A stretch of DNA of 64,000 bases. It comes from Macrostomum hystrix (taxonomy: Eukaryota > Animalia > Platyhelminthes). Below are positions 59,901 to 64,000 of the stretch, piece by piece. The position numbers and the translations under genes were made by a program. Below the pieces are notes generated by a model. The model saw nothing but the letters and a program-made list of their open reading frames with translations. It was not told the DNA's origin and ran no database searches. Position 1 is the stretch's first letter; every line of letters begins with the position of its first letter. The stretch spans positions 2,232,001-2,296,000 of the forward strand of contig CATNEN010000003.1 in the NCBI GenBank assembly GCA_950097015.1, in the 5' to 3' direction.

Positions 59901-62900
59901 CCAATATGTGTTATGCCATCTGATCACAATCTGTGTTTTTATCCCATCTGATCCCAATCCGTGTTTTTATCCCATCTGATCCAAATCTGTGTTTTTATCC
60001 CATCTGATCCCAATCCGTGTTTTTATCCCATCTGATCCCAATTTGTGTTATGCCATCTGATCCAAATCTGTGTTATGCCATCTGATCCCAATCTTTGATT
60101 TTATGCCATCTGATCCCAATCTGTGTTATCCCATCAGATCCCAATCTGTGTTTTTATCCCATCTGATCCCAATACGTGTTTTTATCCCATCTGATCCCAA
60201 TCTGTGTTTTTATCCCATCTGATCCCAATCTGTGTTATCCCATCTGATCCCAATCTGTGTTTTTATCCCATCTGATCCCAATCTGTGTTATCCCATCTGA
60301 TCCCAATCTGTGTTTTTATCCCATCTGATCCCAATACGTGTTTTTATCCCATCTGATCCAAATCTGTGTTTTTATCCCATCTGATCCCAATCTATGTTTT
60401 TATCCCATCTGATCCCAATCTGTGTTATGACATCTAATCCCAATTTGTGTTATCCCATCTGATCCCAATCTGTGTTAACCCATCTGATCCCAATTTGTGT
60501 TATGCCATCTGATCCAAATCTGTGTTATGCCATCTGATCCCAATCTTTGATTTTATCCCATCTGATCCCAATTTGTGTTATGCCATCTGATCCAAATCTG
60601 TGTTATCCCATCAGATCCCAATCTGTGTTTTTATCCCATCTGATCCCAATCTGTGTTTTTATCCCATCTGATCCCAATACGTGTTTTTATCCCATCTGAT
60701 CCCAATCTGTGTTATGCCATCTGATCCCAATCTGTGTTATCCCATCAGATCCCAATCTGTGTTTTTATCCCATCAGATCCCAATCTGTGATTTTATCCCA
60801 TCGGATCCCAGTCTGTGTTTTTATCCCATCTGATCCCAATCTGTGTTATGCCATCTGATCCCAATCTGTGTTTTTATCCCATCAGATCCCAATTTGGAGG
60901 ATATTTATTAGATCGCAATTTGGGTGTTTTATCCCTTTATATATACCTATACGAAAAAAGACGAAAAATCCTAAAAGTTTGTCAAATATCCCAATTATAC
61001 TCGAAAAATGGAAACTACAGTTCCTAAGAATTGCTTTTCCCAATTCAAATAGGCACTCCTGTTCGCCTGTTTTTGCCCGTTTTTTCTGTCTATAGATTCA
61101 AGGTCCCGGCACTATATAAAAATTGTTTACCTGTGAATCCCATGGTGATGGGGGTAAGGGATGCTGGCACATTAGGGTGGGGAACGGGCAAACAGGCAGC
61201 GGATAAGACAGGTGCGGAAGGACAAACTCTCTTACTAGTGGGGATCTCCATTGTAGTGCCCGCACTTTGGCCCCTGAATACTTTTGCTGCAGTCCGATCT
61301 CTGACATACTTTTTATAATTAATAAGGTAAACACAAAACAGACAGACTGCATGGTTGCAATTGAAACCTTAGCTGATAAACCGCAGTTGCAACAATAATT
61401 GAATCATTGTTTGGGAACTGCGCCACCTATTTTATGTTACTTTGCGCACTTTTATCTTCTGCCCGTCCGAACGAATCCTAACTCCCTGCATCTCTCTTCT
61501 CCCTGCATCTCTCTTCTACCTGCATCTCTCTTCTACCTGCATCTCTCTTATACCTGCATCTCTCTTATACCTGCATCTCTCTTATACCTGCATCTCTCTT
61601 CTCCCTGCATCTCTCTTCTACCTGCATCTCTCTTATACCTGCATCTCTCTTATACCTGCATCTCTCTTCTCCCTGCATCTCTCTTCTACCTGCATCTCTC
61701 TTCTCCCTGCATCTCTCTTCTCCCTGCATCTCTCTTCTCCCTGCATCTCTCTTCTACCTGCATCTGTCTTCTACCTGCATCTCTCTCTTCTCCCTGCATC
61801 TCTCTTCTACTTGCATCTCTCTCTTCTACCTGCATCTCTCTTCTACCTGCATCTGTCTTCTACCTGCATCTCTCTCTTCTCCCTGCATCTCTCTTCTACC
61901 TGCATCTGTCTTCTACCTGCATCTCTCTCTTCTCCCTGCATCTCTCTCTTCTACCTGCATCTCTCTCTTCTCCCTGCATCTCTCTTCTCCCTGCATCTCT
62001 CTTCTCCCTGCATCTCTCTCTTCTACCTGCATCTCTCTTCTCCCTGCATCTCTCTTCTCCCTGCATCTCTCTTCTCCCTGCATCTCTCTTCTCCCTGCAT
62101 CTCTCTTCTCCCTGCATCTCTCTTCTCCCTGCATCTCTCTTCTCCCTGCATCTCTCTTCTACCTGCATCTCTCTCTTCTACCTGCATCTCTCTTCTACCT
62201 GCATCTGTCTTCTACCTGCATCTCTCTCTTCTCCCTGCATCTCTCTTCTACCTGCATCTGTCTTCTACCTGCATCTCTCTCTTCTCCCTGCATCTCTCTT
62301 CTACCTGCATCTGTCTTCTACCTGCATCTCTCTCTTCTCCCTGCATCTCTCTTCTACCTGCATCTGTCTTCTACCTGCATCTGTCTTCTACCTGCATCTC
62401 TCTCTTCTCCCTGCATCTCTCTTCTACCTGCATCTGTCTTCTACCTGCATCTCTCTCTTCTCCCTGCATCTCTCTTCTACCTGCATCTGTCTTCTACCTG
62501 CATCTCTCTCTTCTCCCTGCATCTCTCTTCTACTTGCATCTCTCTCTTCTACCTGCATCTCTCTTCTACCTGCATCTGTCTTCTACCTGCATCTCTCTCT
62601 TCTCCCTGCATCTCTCTTCTACCTGCATCTGTCTTCTACCTGCATCTCTCTCTTCTCGCTGTATCTCTCTCTTCTCCTTGCATCTCTCTCTTCTACCTTC
62701 ATCTCGCTTCACTCCATGCATCTCTCTGTTCTGTGCCAGAGCCGTTAACACGATTGCCTTTCGCACCAAGTTCGATTCCGCTTCGAGGTCACATTTATTT
62801 GGTGCGCAGTCGCGGAGAGAAGGCTTGGGGGCTCGTCGTGCAATTTACGCCCTTGAGGGCCAACCTCCAAGGCACAGTGAGTGTTTACACTGCCTGACGA

Positions 62901-63525
62901 TGAGAAAGTCAGGGCAGATGTACACACCTGTGTGAACGTGTGCCTGCGTACGGTATCTGTGTGCGTGTGTGCTCAGGAGTCAGCAGAATGGGCAGAAGTG
63001 CCTCCTCGCTGGATGTAGGTTCAGTGTCACCAAGCGATGTGCCATTGCCCGCAGCCCTCATGCAAAAAATATGCATCTCTCTTTCTATACTCTTCAAATC
63101 TCTCCCATTTTCTGAGCAGTCTCAGTTAACATGGCCTCTCTCTACTCCCTCCCGATGCATCCGGCAGTTCGTGGCGCACCCGCACTGCCAGCAGCTCCTA
63201 GCAGCTCTATGGTACGAAGGCCTGCCCGGATTCCGTCGGAAGCCGTTGTTCTTTCAAGTCGGCATGATCGGCGCCTACGCGGCGGTGTTCCCATTGTTGG
63301 CCTTTGTGTACCTATTGTTCCCGGGCTCGCGACTCGGCCAACAGATGCGAAAGCCGTTTATAAAGTTCATTTGTCACAGCGCCTCCTACCTCCTGTTCCT
63401 GGGTTTCTTAGTTCTGGCTGCCGTGCGCATCGAGGATGTCATGCTGGACACAATGGACACCAAGCTGGCGGAGAGGGGCTCCCTACCTTCAATAGTCGAG
63501 TGGATTATCGTTGTTTACGTGCTGG
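53912..63525 (+). CDS. TRPC: Canonical TRP (TRPC / trp-gamma-like) cation channel, 5' part; exons 53912-54119, 54643-54995, 56756-57307, 63168-63525; continues beyond the window
   Basis: Ankyrin repeats ([24 protein letters not shown]), [44 protein letters not shown]|[23 protein letters not shown]; GT-AG boundaries with consistent phases 1, 0, 0. The first exon is the least certain. Confidence 0.93.
54490..54615. repeat. 15-bp repeat (gggttcgcacgaact) in TRPC intron 1
   Basis: About 8 copies. Confidence 0.95.
55145..55715. repeat. 15/16-bp repeat (gaatcccagatcctcaa) in TRPC intron 2
   Basis: Direct inspection. Confidence 0.95.
56453..56732. repeat. 31-bp repeat (cctcagattgagcagtcgataatccccagct) in TRPC intron 2
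   Basis: About 9 copies, ending about 25 bp before the exon 3 acceptor. Confidence 0.93.
57520..58312. repeat. 17-bp repeat (aaatcccaaatatccta) in TRPC intron 3
   Basis: Direct inspection. Confidence 0.95.
59375..60893. repeat. 26-29-bp repeat (atcccatctgatcccaatctgtgttttt) in TRPC intron 3
   Basis: Direct inspection. Confidence 0.96.
61483..62730. repeat. 18/20-bp pyrimidine-rich repeat (cctgcatctctcttcta/c) in TRPC intron 3
   Basis: Direct inspection. Confidence 0.96.
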
Positions 63526-63561
63526 GTAAGCGGCTTTTGATAAAACAGGTGTCGACTGAAC

Positions 63562-64000
63562 GGATTATCGAGTGTAGGTTAGATGAATTATCGTGGGTAG
63601 GTTAGATGGATTATCGTGGGTAGGTTAGATGGATTATCGAGCGTAGGTTAGATGGATTATCGTGGGTAGGTTAGATTGATTATCGTGGGTAGGTTAGATG
63701 AATTATCGTGGGTAGGTTAGATGGATTATCGTGAGAAGGTTAGATAGATTATCGTGAGAAGGTTAGATGGATTATCGTGGGTAGGTTAGATGGATTATCG
63801 GAAGTAGGTTAGTTGGATTATCGTGGGTAGGTTAGATGGATTATCGGAAATAGGTTAGTTGGATTATCGTGAGAAGGTTAGATGGATTATCGTGGGTAGG
63901 TTAGATGGATTATCGGAAGTAGGTTAGATGGATTATCGTGAGAAGGTTAGATAGATTATCGGAAGTGGGTTAGTTGGATTATCGTGAGAAGGTTAGATGG
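63562..64000. repeat. Repeat of about 22 bp (ggttagatggattatcgtgggta) in TRPC intron 4
   Basis: Direct inspection. Confidence 0.95.

Noticed and set aside
55081-62935. Repetitive ORFs inside TRPC introns (e.g. 55081-55734, 61399-62935)
   Set aside because: Translations of intronic tandem repeats; the real exons join in phase without them.

Overview
Repeat-rich animal genomic DNA (invertebrate by inference: spliceosomal introns, a TRPC gene, very dense minisatellites; possibly a free-living flatworm, not established). 1-42 kb is a stack of nested mobile elements. (i) A decayed Ty3/gypsy element with a solo LTR inside gag. (ii) A putative non-autonomous Helitron holding two satellites. (iii) A TRIM containing a young non-autonomous LTR element that carries an unknown 314-aa cargo ORF. 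(iv) A Polinton/virus-like cassette: a spliced putative ssDNA-binding protein gene, a divergent TATA-binding-protein-like ORF and a truncated protein-primed PolB with an EndoVII insert. (v) A LINE fragment interrupted by a hAT transposon that contains a MITE. (vi) A decayed LINE whose ORF1 is fused to an ALKBH2/3-type AlkB dioxygenase. (vii) An apparently intact gypsy element with identical LTRs, a cold-shock domain in Gag and one in-frame UAG between protease and RT. 43-64 kb holds host genes: a Bcl-G-like Bcl-2 family gene and the first four coding exons of a TRPC channel, interleaved with many minisatellites. The best novelty candidates are the TBP+SSB+pPolB cassette, the CSD-Gag and the AlkB-ORF1. 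All domain calls are by-eye motif recognition; no searches were run.
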